Below, one piece after another: positions 11,290 through 23,700 of a stretch of 29,295 nt of DNA. The translations under genes and the position numbers were made by a program. Each line of letters begins with the position of its first letter. Within the stretch, counting starts at the first letter, position 1. Under the pieces are notes generated by a model, which made no database searches, was not told the origin of the DNA, and was given only the letters and a program-made list of their open reading frames with translations. Source of the DNA: Macrostomum lignano (taxonomy: Eukaryota); NCBI GenBank assembly GCA_002269645.1, contig NIVC01002298.1, forward strand, positions 156,430 to 185,724. Direction: 5' to 3'.

Positions 11290-12895
11290 GAGGATCAGGG
11301 AGGCTGGCCAGCAACTGGGGATCTGGGAGGCTGGAACAGCAACTGACACTCTGGGAGGCTGGCTCAGCACCTGAGGATCTGGGAGGCTGGTTCAGCAACT
11401 GAGGAACTGGGAGGCTGGCCCACTTAGCTGCAGGGCGGTCCGAAGACGCAGCGGGGAGGCGAGCATCGCCCATTCCGCTAGGAGGCTGGCTCAGCAACTG
11501 AGGATATGGGAGGCTGGTTCAGCAACTGGGGATCTGGGAGGCTGGCCCAGCAACTGAGGATCTGGGAGGCTGGCCCAGCAACTGAGGATCTGGGAGGCTG
11601 GGCCAGCAACTGGGGATCTGGGAGGCTGGCCCAGCAACTGGGGATCTGGGAGGCTGGCCCAGCAACTGAGGATATGGGAGGCTGGGGCCAGCAACTGAGG
11701 ATCTGGGAGGCTGGCCCAGCAACTGGGGATCTGGAAGGCTGGGCCCAGCAACTGAGGATCTGGGAGGCTGGGCCCAGCAACTGAGGATCTGGGAGGCTGG
11801 GCCCAGCAACTGAGGATATGGGAGGCTGGCCCAGCAACTGAGGATCTGTGAGGCTGGCCCAGCACCTGAGGATCTGGGAGGCTGGCCAGCAACTGAGGAT
11901 TTGGGAGGCTGGGCCCAGCAACTGGGGATCTGGGAGGCTGGTTCAGCAACTGGGGATCTGGGAGGCTGGTTCAGCAACTGGGATCTGGGAGGCTGGGCCC
12001 AGCAACTGAGGATCTGGGAGGCTGGGCCCAGCAACTGGGGATCTGGGAGGCTGGCCCAGCAACTGAGGATATGGGAGGCTGGTTCAGCAACTGGGGATTT
12101 GGGAGGCTGGCCCAGCAACTGAGGATATGGGAGGCTGGGGCCAGCAACTGAGGATCTGGGAGGCTGGCCCAGCAACTGAGGATCTGGGAGGCTGGGCCCA
12201 GCAACTGAGGATCTGGGAGGCTGGGCCGCAGCAACTGGGGATCTAGGAGGCTGGGCCCAGCAACTGAGGATCTGGGAGGCTGGGCCAGCAACTGAGGATC
12301 TGGGAGGCTGGGCCCAGCAACTGGGGATCTGGGAGGCTGGCCCAGCAACTGAGGATATGGGAGGCTGGCCCAGCAACTGGGGATCTGGGAGGCTGGCCCA
12401 GCAACTGAGGATATGGGGGGCTGGCCCAGCAACTGAGGATCTGGGAGGCTGGCCCAGCAACTGACACTCTGGGAGGCTGGCCCAGCACCTGAGGATCTGG
12501 GAGGCTGGTTCAGCAACTGAGGATCTGGGAGGCTGGCCCAGCAACTGAGGATCTGGGAGGCTGGGCCAGCAACTGGGGATCTGGGAGGCTGGCCCAGCAA
12601 CTGGGGATCTGGGAGGCTGGTTCAGCAACTGAGGATATGGGAGGCTGGCCCAGCAACTGAGGATTTGGGAGGCTGGGCCCAGCAACTGGGGATCTGGGAG
12701 GCTGGCCCAGCAACTGAGGATCTGGGAGGCTGGGCCCAGCAACTGAGGATCTGGGAGGCTGGGCCCAGCAACTGAGGATATGGGAGGCTGGCCCAGCAAC
12801 TGAGGATCTGGGAGGCTGGCCCAGCAACTGAGGATCTGGGAGGCTGGCCCAGCAACTGAGGATCTGGGAGGCTGGGGCCAGCAACTGGGGATGTG
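11290..12895. repeat. ~1.6-kb intronic minisatellite, ~29-30-bp unit CAGCAACTGAGGATCTGGGAGGCTGG(G)CC(C)
   Basis: About 55 variant copies inside SNIP1 intron 11169-12925. Confidence 0.96.
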
Positions 12896-12925
12896 GGAGT
12901 CCCAGTGCACCCCAGAAGCCCTCAC

Positions 12926-13499
12926 CTTGAACGGATAGAGTCGCCAGCGCTTCTTGGGCATGCGGGCGTTGGCGGGCTCGCTGTACTTGATGAGCACACC
13001 CTTGTACATGTTGGTGTCCTCGGCCAGCTTGCCGGAGAGCCCCATGTTGGCCATCTGCTTGGGTGGCGGCGGCGGCTTTTTCTCGTCGGGCTCTTCGCCG
13101 GTTTCAGATTTCACTCGCTGCTGGTCCGGGCGGCCCCACTCGAACCGCTGCTGCTGCTGGCGATGCTCGCGACGGCCGCGGCCTCTGCCACCGCCACGCC
13201 GCCCCCGCGCTCCCGACGGGTGTCAAAGCGGTCAGCAGACCGAGAGCGCGATCGCTCCTTCGTCGCGGCTGGTCTTCGTCGCGCTGCTGACTGTGCCGAT
13301 GGTGCTCGCGGCGTCGGGCATCCCGGTCCCGATGGTCCCGCTGAACCCGATCAGCGTCGCGTTGGTCGACAGCATCGTCAGGCCGATGCTGGTGGCGGCG
13401 GTGGTGGTGGCTGTCGGAGTCGCCGCGTCGCCTCGGCCGCCGGTCCGTGTCGTCGAGTTCGCGGTGGCGGCTGGCCTGGAGTGGATCGAGTTCGGCAGA
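12926..13499 (-). CDS. SNIP1: SNIP1 upstream exon (R/H/D/S-rich region plus LSGKLAEDTN..WRLYPFK), with two apparent 1-bp deletions (~13253, ~13197)
   Basis: MGLSGKLAEDTNMYKGVLIKYSEPANARMPKKRWRLYPFK is the conserved pre-FHA segment; donor AAG|GTGAGG at 12926/12925; acceptor TTCTTCCCAAATCCCCAG|TCT at 13500/13499. Confidence 0.88.
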
Positions 13500-14524
13500 C
13501 TGGGGATTTGGGAAGAATCTTGCCCGATCCCAAACTATTCTAGTCAGTTACCAAGGGCCTCTTGCGCCACAATCAGGCGGCTTAGTTTGCTTTCCAATAA
13601 AGAACTATTTGCTTGAATGATTTACTATGGAACATAATTTTAGCCATTTTGTAACAATAAAATTCTATGGCCAAAAGCTATACATGATAAGAAGCAAATA
13701 GCAAAATAAGTTATAAAAATGAAGCCACTCCTAAAAGCACAAAAAGACAACAGAATGATAATAAGCAGAAGAGGCTATCAGAGCAATAGAGCCTTTTATA
13801 TAATTTTAAAAAAGTTATATGAAGAGGTTGCAATTAGGGATTGCAATCAATATGATTATAGGACTGGGCTCTTAAATCCATATTTAAGCTCATAAATCCC
13901 AAGACAAAACTATGTTTCTTCCATAACAAATGCAAAAAACTGAATTCATATATCATTTTATTTCCTATATTCTATATGCTTCATTAATGCTTAATACTCT
14001 GCTAAACTCTATAAATTGTCTTGCTACCACTGATTTCTTTATGTATTTATAGGTTGGACTATAAATTAATAAATTATTAGGACAAAAAAAGCTATTTCAA
14101 AACAAATATTATTGCCAAAATTGTAATTGTAAGACCATAGAAATATAGAAATTGACAAACTCATCATAAGATTTTAAATTGTAGATTAATTAAAAGCTAA
14201 AAGCTGATATATTTGTATTTCATAATTCTAAGAAAAAAATACTTCGGTTAGGTATAGCTTTTACTAAGCTTTAAAATTTTGATTCAGAAGCTTAAAAATC
14301 TTTTTTTGATCCCAAGATTAGCTAATCACTAATCTTAAGCTAATCTAAACTAATTAAAACTTTAAAGAATTAGACTATAGTATAAAATCTAGGATATGCT
14401 AGATATTTAGGCCTATTAATTGTTTATTTCATTTTTTCCAAACATGGTATAATAAGTAAATTTTCCTTTTCCTATTATAACCTTTATAGGATTGTAACTT
14501 ATATTACAATCTGTAATCTGCAAG

Positions 14525-15760
14525 CTTCTGCAAATCAACGCACGCAAGACGGAAGTGCTGCACGTGGGCACCAATGCAGCACCAATCCTGACCCTACCAG
14601 ATGGACAAATCATTTCAGCCTGCAGAGACTTCCGGTACCTGGGCTCCCTCGTGATGAGCCCTGACTCCATCATCGCCGACCAGAGGTCACAGGCCTGGCG
14701 CGCGGCTCATCTCCTTAGGGAGGTCTTCAGCTCAGCTGCCAACGACGACCTGAAGATGCGCCTGTTCCGCGCTGCCGTAGAGCCAATCTTCCTGTACAGA
14801 CTGGAGGCAGTGCCAATGACCGACTCGAGGTCCCGAGCCCTGGACGCTGCCTACCGATTGCTGCTGCGGTTCGCCCTTGGCATCCATTATCCAGAGCGGC
14901 TGCCGACGGACCAGCTGATGGCGAGAGCCCGTGTGCCTCAGCTCAGTGCCACTCTCCAGCGGCACTGGCTAATGCTCGTCAGCCACTGCCTCCGCAGCTA
15001 TGGCAGAGGAGAGCAAAACCTGCTGGCGCTAACCCTGCTGCATCAGCCAACCGAGCGTCTCCGACGGGGCCAAGCAGTGGTGTGATTGGAAGTTTGCCAA
15101 ATTTCGCGCCGACTGAAAATTTCGCGCCATGCCAATAATATTCTACTGACAGCCAAATAAGTCAATTGATGACACTTTTGAAGATGCGTCTGGTTACCAA
15201 TTAGCATATCTCTTAAGTCACAGCCGTGTCCCCCTGAACTTCTTGTTGGCGATGTCTGCAGGCAGACGACTGCTCTGCTCGTGCTGGTGATTGATGACGT
15301 TGACAGCAGCTCAGCAGCCTTGCGCTTTAAGACGAGCTCAGCTAGCTTCTCTGCCTCCTTCTGTTTCTTCTTCTGCTGCTGACGCCTGAGATTGAACTCA
15401 GTTTGTTAGATTAATCTCCTAAGCTATACATTCTTGTATTTCATACTGTCTGACAAGAGAATAAGTGTAAAAAGCAGAAAATAAGAATGCAATTTTCGCG
15501 CCCATGTTCCACAAAATTTCGCGCCAGACCCCCAGGATTCGCGCATTCGCGCCATTTTTGCGCCTGGCGCGAATTCGCGCCTGAATCACACCACTGGGCC
15601 AAGGCCAGACTGTCACGCTGACCGCCACGCTTGAGTCTGACCTTCAAGCCATTAACCTGACCCCACAATCTGCAACAAACTGTCCTTCTCGTCTCTTCTG
15701 CGAGCGCGCGTGCGCGCAAGACGCCCACCATAATATCTTTGCGTCCTTATATATATATAA
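14525..15760 (+). mobile_element. 5'-truncated non-LTR retrotransposon fragment (RT C-terminal/thumb region, RTE-like), interrupted by a MITE
   Basis: LQINARKTEVLHVG..FRYLGSLV..KMRLFRAAVEPIFLYRLEA.. are typical late-RT motifs; the frame resumes after 15603 as ..RRGQ/GQTVTLTATLESDL. Clade assignment is inference. Confidence 0.85.
15075..15596. mobile_element. Non-autonomous hAT-type MITE, 522 bp
   Basis: Perfect 13-bp TIRs CAGTGGTGTGATT (15075-15087) and AATCACACCACTG (15584-15596); flanking direct repeat GGCCAAG (8 bp GGGCCAAG if one G is missing on the right); clustered TTCGCGCC subterminal motifs at both ends. Confidence 0.88.
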
Positions 15761-15935
15761 CTTATATAATCTATATTTTATTATACTATTATACTTTTAT
15801 ATTATTAATCCAATATTCATAAAATAAAATTGATTAAAAATTAGGCCCTAATGAAATAATATATATTAATATATATTAATTAAAATAGCTCCAATAATTT
15901 TATCTTACTATAGGCCTACATTACCTTTATTAATA

Positions 15936-17250
15936 CGAGGGGTGATCAAAAGTTCTGCAAGTGACCTCACAACTCAGTGCTACAGCAGCCGAGGCGTCTA
16001 ATCAGTGTCACATTCCCTTAAAGTACTTTCCACCACTATCTATGCACCGTCGCATGCGTGTGCACCATGTCTGAAAGCAGTCATGGTACTCCAGAGTTGG
16101 TATACCCTGTAGAGCTGAATGTACCGCTTGGGCAAAGTCTTGCATGCGTGAAAACGGCCTCCCAGAAACGACGGATTTGATCCTCAGGAACAGCCAAAAG
16201 TCGGAAGGTGCTAGTCTAGAGAGTAGGGTGGATGGGGCAGCAGCCGGACCCCTGCTGCTCCAGGTACGCCATGGTTGATGCCGCCCTGTGCGGTGCCACA
16301 TTGTCATGGTGCAGCAGGAGTCGAGGTCCATGCCTGGTTTGCGCACGTTCCTGCCGCTCCTGCAGCACGCCTGGCAGAACAGTGTCTGTGTAGTACCTGG
16401 CAGTCACTGTGGCACCCGCTGGAAGGATGTTTACCGATACAACACCCTGAGAGTTGAAAAAATGGTGAACATCCGCTTCCGACTGCGGAATCTAGTCTTC
16501 AGCACCTCAGGCCTTGGCTCATCTTCTGCCAGCCAGACCATGTCAGACTGCTTATCCTTCATGGTAAAAGAAGGAGATCCAACATTTGTCTCCTGTGATG
16601 ACATCCAACAGTTGTTGTGGGCCGTGGGGCTCAAAAATTTGCAGCCACAAGCGACAGATGCGCACCCTCTCTGCTTGCTGCTCCGGAGTGAGAAGATGGG
16701 GTACCCACCGAGCGCAAGTCTTTGTGCGGCCTAGTTGCTCATGCATGATGTTATGAGCACTTCCATAGCTGACACCAAGCTCATAGGCAAGGAACCTCAG
16801 CATAATGCTCCAATCCTCACGAATTATTGCATCGGCATGGGCCACGACATCTTCGGTCACGGATGTCCGGGTCAGCCAGACCTCGGTTCATCGTTGAAGC
16901 TGTCCCAGCCTTCCAAGAAATGGCGCAGCCAGCGGGCAACTGTGTCAAATGATGGAGCAAAGTCAGCTAAAACATTCACAAAACATGGTGTGAATATCAG
17001 TCACTTTGCAACCAAGTTGCATGCACATAAAGATATAGAAGCGAACACTGTCTTTTGATGTTTCCATCAGCTACTGAAAACACATGGAAAATATATGGCT
17101 GTGAAATTTTACTGGGGCACATTTGGAAGCCAAAAATGCATATAAATATAGCAAACAGATATAGCCGCATATGTGTAAGTTTTCGGCTTTTGCTGATTCT
17201 ATAACTAAAAGCTATAACAAAAGGTTGCAGAACTTTTTGATCACCCCTTG
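15936..17250 (-). mobile_element. Mariner (Tc1/mariner, DD34D) element, 1315 bp
   Basis: TIRs CGAGGGGTGATCAAAAGTTCTGCAA (15936-15960) and TTGCAGAACTTTTTGATCACCCCTTG (17225-17250); TA on both flanks. Confidence 0.95.
16008..17067 (-). pseudogene. Frameshifted mariner transposase
   Basis: ATG at 17067; motifs WVPHLL, ITGD(K)CW and HHDNVAPH..HPPYSLDLAPSDFWLF (34-residue D-D spacing after restoring two 1-bp deletions); split across four ORFs, with an in-frame stop near the first HTH. Confidence 0.93.
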
Positions 17251-17788
17251 TAATATATCATATCATTGTCTTGATATTGATCTATGACAATATTTTTTCA
17301 ACATTAAAATAGCCTAGGGCAGGGGCCTATTTGTTGCATAGGAAATTTTGCAATAATATACATAAGTCCCATATATAAATTAGCAGCCAACTAGGATTCT
17401 AGGAAGAGATACACATTAAACCTGGCTAGTCAAACCACTTAGGCCTAGTTTTAGTTAGATATTATAAATATAATGCATTTGGAATGGAAAACAATATAAA
17501 ACAATATATTTTAAAAAACTAATTAAAGAGGTCTTGTATTTAAATGCATTTTATGTGCTAATAAAAAGATTAATTAATTTATACTCAAACTGAGTCAAAG
17601 GTGTTTGATATTAGCTGGATATTATCTTCTAAGATGACTAAGATTCAAGACTAAAGACACAGGGGCAGATCTAGGATGAGCTGAGGGCAGAGAGTGCACA
17701 CCCATCAGAATTGCACATTACAGATATAAGATTCCATTTAATGTCAGATTGCCAGTATTACAATATACTAATGTACATCATACATGGG

Positions 17789-20700
17789 CCATAGTGCAGA
17801 AGGACGGGTGTACGACGGAAATTTCCGTCGTACATTGAGGTTGGTTGTCGTACATGTCGTACATCGTTCATTTTTGCAAGGGCTCTTTGTCGTACATGTC
17901 GTACCGTCGTTGGCCACACTGTCACTGTCGTACATCTCTGACTAGAAAGCTATATGCATAGGCATTTAAAAATACAATTTCGTTTTCATAATTAAATTAA
18001 ATTTATTCAAAGTTCTTTTTACGAGGCACAAATAAAATATAATCTTGGCATACTTAATAATAATTTTTTATTATGTGGCACCAAATTTCACATTTTTATA
18101 TTCAAGGCCACACAAATGTGCATCCGTTGTTTTAATCTTAACCTTGTTTATTTCTTTTTTGAAATGCGTATCGTTGTATCGTGTTACTGGGAATTGAATT
18201 GTGAATGTGAATTAATTCATAATCATCTGATCTTGTAATTCTCGTCCTCCGGTCAGTCTCGTCTCTCGTGATCGTGATGTGATCTAAGATAAGATCTGAT
18301 CTGACTAATGTCTTTTGTCTTATCCCTTATAACTTTTACTTTTCTATAATCTATGGCTATGCACTCTGCACTGCACTAGCACTATATACTATACTACAAG
18401 CTACAACTAAAAGTAACTTTTAAGTTTTCTTAATTTGTTGCAAAACTTAAACTAGCAATTTGTAATTTTTCAACTTTGACAAGTAAATTTATTAGTAGTT
18501 AGTACGAGTAACAAGTTGAGTAATTAATTAAGTTGAGACTGTTGAGTTGAGTTGCATGTTGCATTGTTGCAGTTGACTCATTGACTTTGACTGTTGACAA
18601 ATGACAAGGTCAACTGTCAAGTGACACTTGTGACAGTTTGTTGTTTGAGACTTTGAGTTAGTGAAAGTGACTAGTGACTGACTGACTGGTCTGTCTGACT
18701 GACTGACTCGTGTCTCGTGTCTGTGTCTGTCTGGACATCTGGTGATTCTTTCAAGTTTATTTTTTAAACATTTTATCACTTTTACCTTCATAAATTAGTT
18801 CTAGAACTTCTAGTGTTCTGTTCTAATTCTAGTTCTTAACTTAACTTCTTGTTCTTAATCTTAGTTGCAAGTTTTTATTTTAAAAGTTCAAGTTGTCAGT
18901 TGTGTAATTTCACAATTTCAGTAATTGAGTTGACATTAGACAAGTTTATAAAATTATCTTATCACTTTCTTTTAATAATTAGTAATTAATTAATTAAATG
19001 CATTTTTTATTTGTCAAATTTGACTTTACTTGACAAGTTGAAGTTGACAGTTGAGTACTTGAGTATTGAGTAAAGACATAGTAATTAAGTTGACAGCTAT
19101 GGCTTATTGCTTGGCTTGAAACCAACAAATATTTCTTACGAAATAACAAGTAGAAGTAGCTAATAGCCATCTAGCCAAGAGACACCAAGTTTTGCTTCGT
19201 TTCATGAAAGAAAAGAAGTGAATATATATAAATTAGGGCCTACTGCAAGTCTGCAACTAATTTGAGACAAAACTTCAGGTGCTTGGCAGCAACTTTAGCA
19301 AATACAACTTCCAAGTTGACTTGACATTGACAAGTGTATAAATTTATCTTATTACCTTTACTTTTAGTCTTTTAGTAATTCTAAATTCATAGCAAATTTT
19401 GCTATTGTATTGTATTGTAAGTTGACTAGATTGAGTAATTGAGTTGTATAAAATTATGCAATTGATTATATTTGGTAGAGTTGAGTAGAACATTTGGTAG
19501 AGCTAGATTGTAGAATGGTACAGTATAGTATATGAAATTATTTTATAAAAAAAACAAAATATATTGAAATGTGCATTAATTATATCCTATTACTAAATGT
19601 CTAATCTTTATTTCCTAAATTTCTATAAGTATAATTATAATTATTTATTTAATTTTTGTAAACAAAACCATATTTTTATTCAACTGATAACTAGTTTGGT
19701 TTATGCTTACTTATTGATTAGATTTGGTCATAACTAATAATACTAAATTAAATGCTGATTGCCAAAAAAATTAACTTGTCTTTCAGCTAAATTCAGCTAT
19801 TCAGCATTTGCTTTTTGATTTATTGTGCCAAAATTAATCTCTATAATGTCTCGTAGCAGTAGCACATCAAGTTCTGGCTCTGAAGAAAATCAGTCTGAGA
19901 CAGAGACACCACTAGCTGCAGCTTTGCAAGCTAGTATCCAGGACCAGGCTGACCAGGCAGAGCCAGAGGCAGTAGTAGAGAAGGCGAAGGCTGCTGAGTG
20001 TGCTTGGGCCCATATGCCAATCATGCAACAGGCACAGCGGCAACGCCAACAGCAACAGGCTAATGTGCAAGTACAAGCAAAATCAAAGCGTCCACTGAGT
20101 TTGTCTCATGCAGCGTCTTCATCTGCACAAACTGAAGAGCCACCAACTAAGAAGCCTCGCGGAACTGTGTGTGACCCACATTACTGTGTGGATTGCCTTC
20201 AGCGAGGGCTTCCACTGTCCAACTGCCGCATTTATCGAAACAATGGTAGTAGCAGAAAAACTCATCGGAGTCGCTGGCACAAAGAAGACCCAGCCAATAA
20301 GATTTTAACATATTGCAGACCTGACCATGCTGATGTTCGCGACCTAATTGCTGCCAGGCCTGCCAATGAGAATGAGAAGCAGGTAAAAAAACGCATCACA
20401 AAGGCCATGGTCAGCCATGAGGTGCTGGAGGTTGAAAGTGCCAGTGATGAAGAGTCACCTGAACGTCCTGAAGTTCCAATGACCACTGAGCCTGAGGCAG
20501 AGCAGCAGCAGTCTGAGGGACCAAAGACAAATCTGGTAGTAAACATTGAAGTACTGGAATCATCCGCCGTTGACCAAAGATCCAGCTCATTTGTTAGGCA
20601 GCTTGCTGATGCTTCACCTATCCTTCCCAGTCCTGCTGAGGCTGCATCTACAGCATCATCAAGCACGTCAGGTCGGGATCTTTTGGCAATTGTCACTGGG

Positions 20701-23700
20701 CTGGAAATTAAAATGGCGGAGGCAGCCCGACAACTTGCCCTACTTCCGATTATACTAAATGTTGTTCGGGACTTGGCGCTGTCACAGGCTACCTCCAGCT
20801 CAAACTCTCGGGGACAAAACTTACCAAAAGTGCCGCCAATTGTGGCTAGCAACATGGCCGAGCTCCTGGAGAACGAGATGCTCGCCACAGCACCTTGCGG
20901 TGAGGACACAATTTTATACTGTGTCCCGTGCTACAACGTTTTAATGGAAGGCACGGCCTTCTCGCCAAAGTTGACTGTTGCGGAGAGGCACAGCACTTTG
21001 TAAGTCCATTGTATGTACTTTTATCTAACAGGCAATAAGACAATCCAGTTGGCCTTTTCCATTTATTTATTATAAACTTTCATTTCTCTAACTTCTTATA
21101 GAAACCCCAAGTCGATGGGCACGCTTGCACGAGGGCAGCTCATTACAAAGCTGGAAATGACTGAGATCCTTGCGTGTGGCGAGGCATTCTCCCGGCTTCG
21201 TTATAGGATAGTGAAACATCTCTCTGGTATCGAGGCTGTCGGCCATGTGAAAGCTATGAAGAAGTATGCGGACCGCAAGATTGAAGAGAAGCGCGTCTCA
21301 GGAACTGTTCGGCGCCTTTTGCGTTGCTCTGTTGCCAATATCGAATCAGCGTCAGCTAGTAAGCACTATGAGACGTTCGTGAGCATGCTTTATCGGTCGG
21401 ACGCTGAAGTTGGCCAGCGGGGCCACGGCCGGTATGTACCATATTATGTGGTTTGTATCTGTATGCCATTAGCTAAGCTATGGTTATTTTGTACGCTATT
21501 TGTTAATTTACCACCCACTATGCATCCAACTAGGGAGTTTAACAAGGAGTTGTGGTCGTTGTTTGAGGTCACCGCTGACAAGTATACGGCTGAGTTCCTG
21601 CAGACCCCACTGCCGTCCACCGGATGTCCTCCCTGCTACGCCATTGCTTGCGACAAAAGCACACCAGGTCGCATCACTAACCAAGCTGTTATGGTGTTGG
21701 CCAGGTAAGTAGGGAGGAAGAAGGAAAAGTAATGTACATTAGGAGTATCCGCCACTTAAATATTACTTTTACTACCTCCTTAAAACGGATAACCCCTAAC
21801 AGGTGCGAGACTGGTGACGCCGTTGCTATCCCAGGTGGCGCCCCGGCCGTTTATTCCAAAGAGATGGACGGCAGCGGCCCCGTTCTGGTGCAGCGGCTTT
21901 TTCAAGGTCTGGCGAACTTTGATTTGCCCATTGATCGTCTTGTGGGCGTCATTGCCGACGGGCAATATCAAACTGCGCCTTTTAAAACGGCAATATTTGA
22001 GAAGCTGAAGGAGGCCGGAGCCGACTATGAGATCCCAATTAACTGGGACCCGGCCCACTTTATAAACCTGGCCGTGACTAACGTGCGCGATAGTGACGAC
22101 GGAGAGGCGTTGCAGGATTTTATTGACAGGGCAAACCTGTTTCCGCATCTTTTTGGCCACGGGCGTGGCCGTTCGGCTTTGGAAGTAAGTATGCAACCTG
22201 AATGTCTAACTGAATAGTTTACCGAGGGTTTTAGATATACGTTTGCTATAAAACTACTCCAAATTCTTTGTTTGTAAAAAAACAGATTGCTTCCGAGGAC
22301 CATGCCGGAGCAATTTCATCATTTGCCTCGCAGCGCTTTACCAGTTCAGCCATGAACCAATGGCAGACCATCTTTCGCTGCTACGGCGATCTGCATGCCG
22401 CATTTCGAGCCGAGAAACCACGAGTCAGAGATAACGACCCACAGCCGTACATAATGTTCGGATTTGATTTTGTGTGCGACTTGTTGGGCTACCTGGATCT
22501 CTTTGCGCCAATCAAGTAAGTTGATTTATATGCCTTGTGGGTAGTAAAATTACTATGGGATCAACTTTTTGATTACCTACTTACTCCAAACACATAACAC
22601 TTGCACAGAGCTCTTATGGAGATTGCGCAGAATCTTCAGCTGCCCCACTGGAAAGTGTCTACCTTATGGCCATTGGTAGCTGAGTTCCTCCATGTCCATG
22701 CAGAGCAGTTTCGTAGTGAGGACTACCCCACGCTGCATGAGCACATCGACAATCTGCACGTTGGTGGCACATTTGATGGCGTGACTCTGCTGGACGGCTG
22801 GCTCAAAGTAAAAAAGCCGGTTGCTGGCTCTGCCTCTGACCAGGATCAGTGGCGCGCTCGAGACATGGAGGTAAGCTTGTGCAATCATTATATTATGTAC
22901 TCTGCCAAAGTTACCATATTCTCCTTTGTGCTTCATTATTCAGCTCCATCCTTCTTCCTCCTTCCTCAGGACATTGCACGTGATACACAGAAGCTTGCCG
23001 GGGCACTTCACCGCAGCTTCGTTGCTCGCATTCAACGCTGCTGCGACCCGAGCACCTCTGATTGTGCCTCCTTCGATGCAGCTGCCATCATCCGTGCCAT
23101 TGCATGCAGGGACCCTGAAGTTGCAGCAGAAGAGTTTGCAGACCAGTGCGCTCCCGCCTTTAAGCGGCTTGTGACCGAGGCAGTCAAGCATAAGCACCTG
23201 GCTCATCTGAAAGTTCCCATGGCCCGAAGGTGAGCTCCTTCACAATCAAAACTATAAATGCACTGGTACTATAACTAGTGTGAGGCTGGAAATCACATAT
23301 TTCAAGACCACTTTGCTACAGAAAAATGTAACGAAATCGAATTGTATTTAATTTTATTTTTTGTCCACTAAACTTAGGTATGCTGCGAACTTTGTGGACA
23401 CTATACGCCACGTCATTTTCACGGGTGAAGGCCGCAGTAGCTGGCTGGTGCCTTCCATCAACGGGCCACTGACGGATTTAAAAGTAGCAGCACCCACTTT
23501 GGCACGTCAGTTATTGCTGCATCTATCGGGTTCGACAGCAGGTGGTGAATTTTCATCTGTTGTGGTGGACGAAGCAGCAGTTTATGCGTCTTTCTATGCC
23601 GACCCAGACGTTTTCCAGCGAGCCGGCCCTGCAACATGTGCACTACTTGATTTTGCACTACACCGAGGTGGCACTGGTGAGTTGCAAATTCCAGTTGCTA

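Noticed and set aside
11519-13114. 531-aa repeat protein ORF
   Set aside because: It is the SNIP1 exon read through a consensus donor into an intronic minisatellite; the FHA exon joins in phase at 11168.
12893-13616. Plus-strand ORFs of 216 and 220 aa
   Set aside because: Antisense shadows of the GC-rich SNIP1 exon.
16288-17058. Plus-strand ORFs within the mariner
   Set aside because: Antisense to the transposase; no independent coding features.
17660-17676. CAGGGGCAGATCTAGG as the left TIR of an outer element ending at 24551
   Set aside because: Its flank (CTAAAGAC/TAAAGACA) does not match the right flank CTAATGTA; the exact repeat at 17768 fits better.
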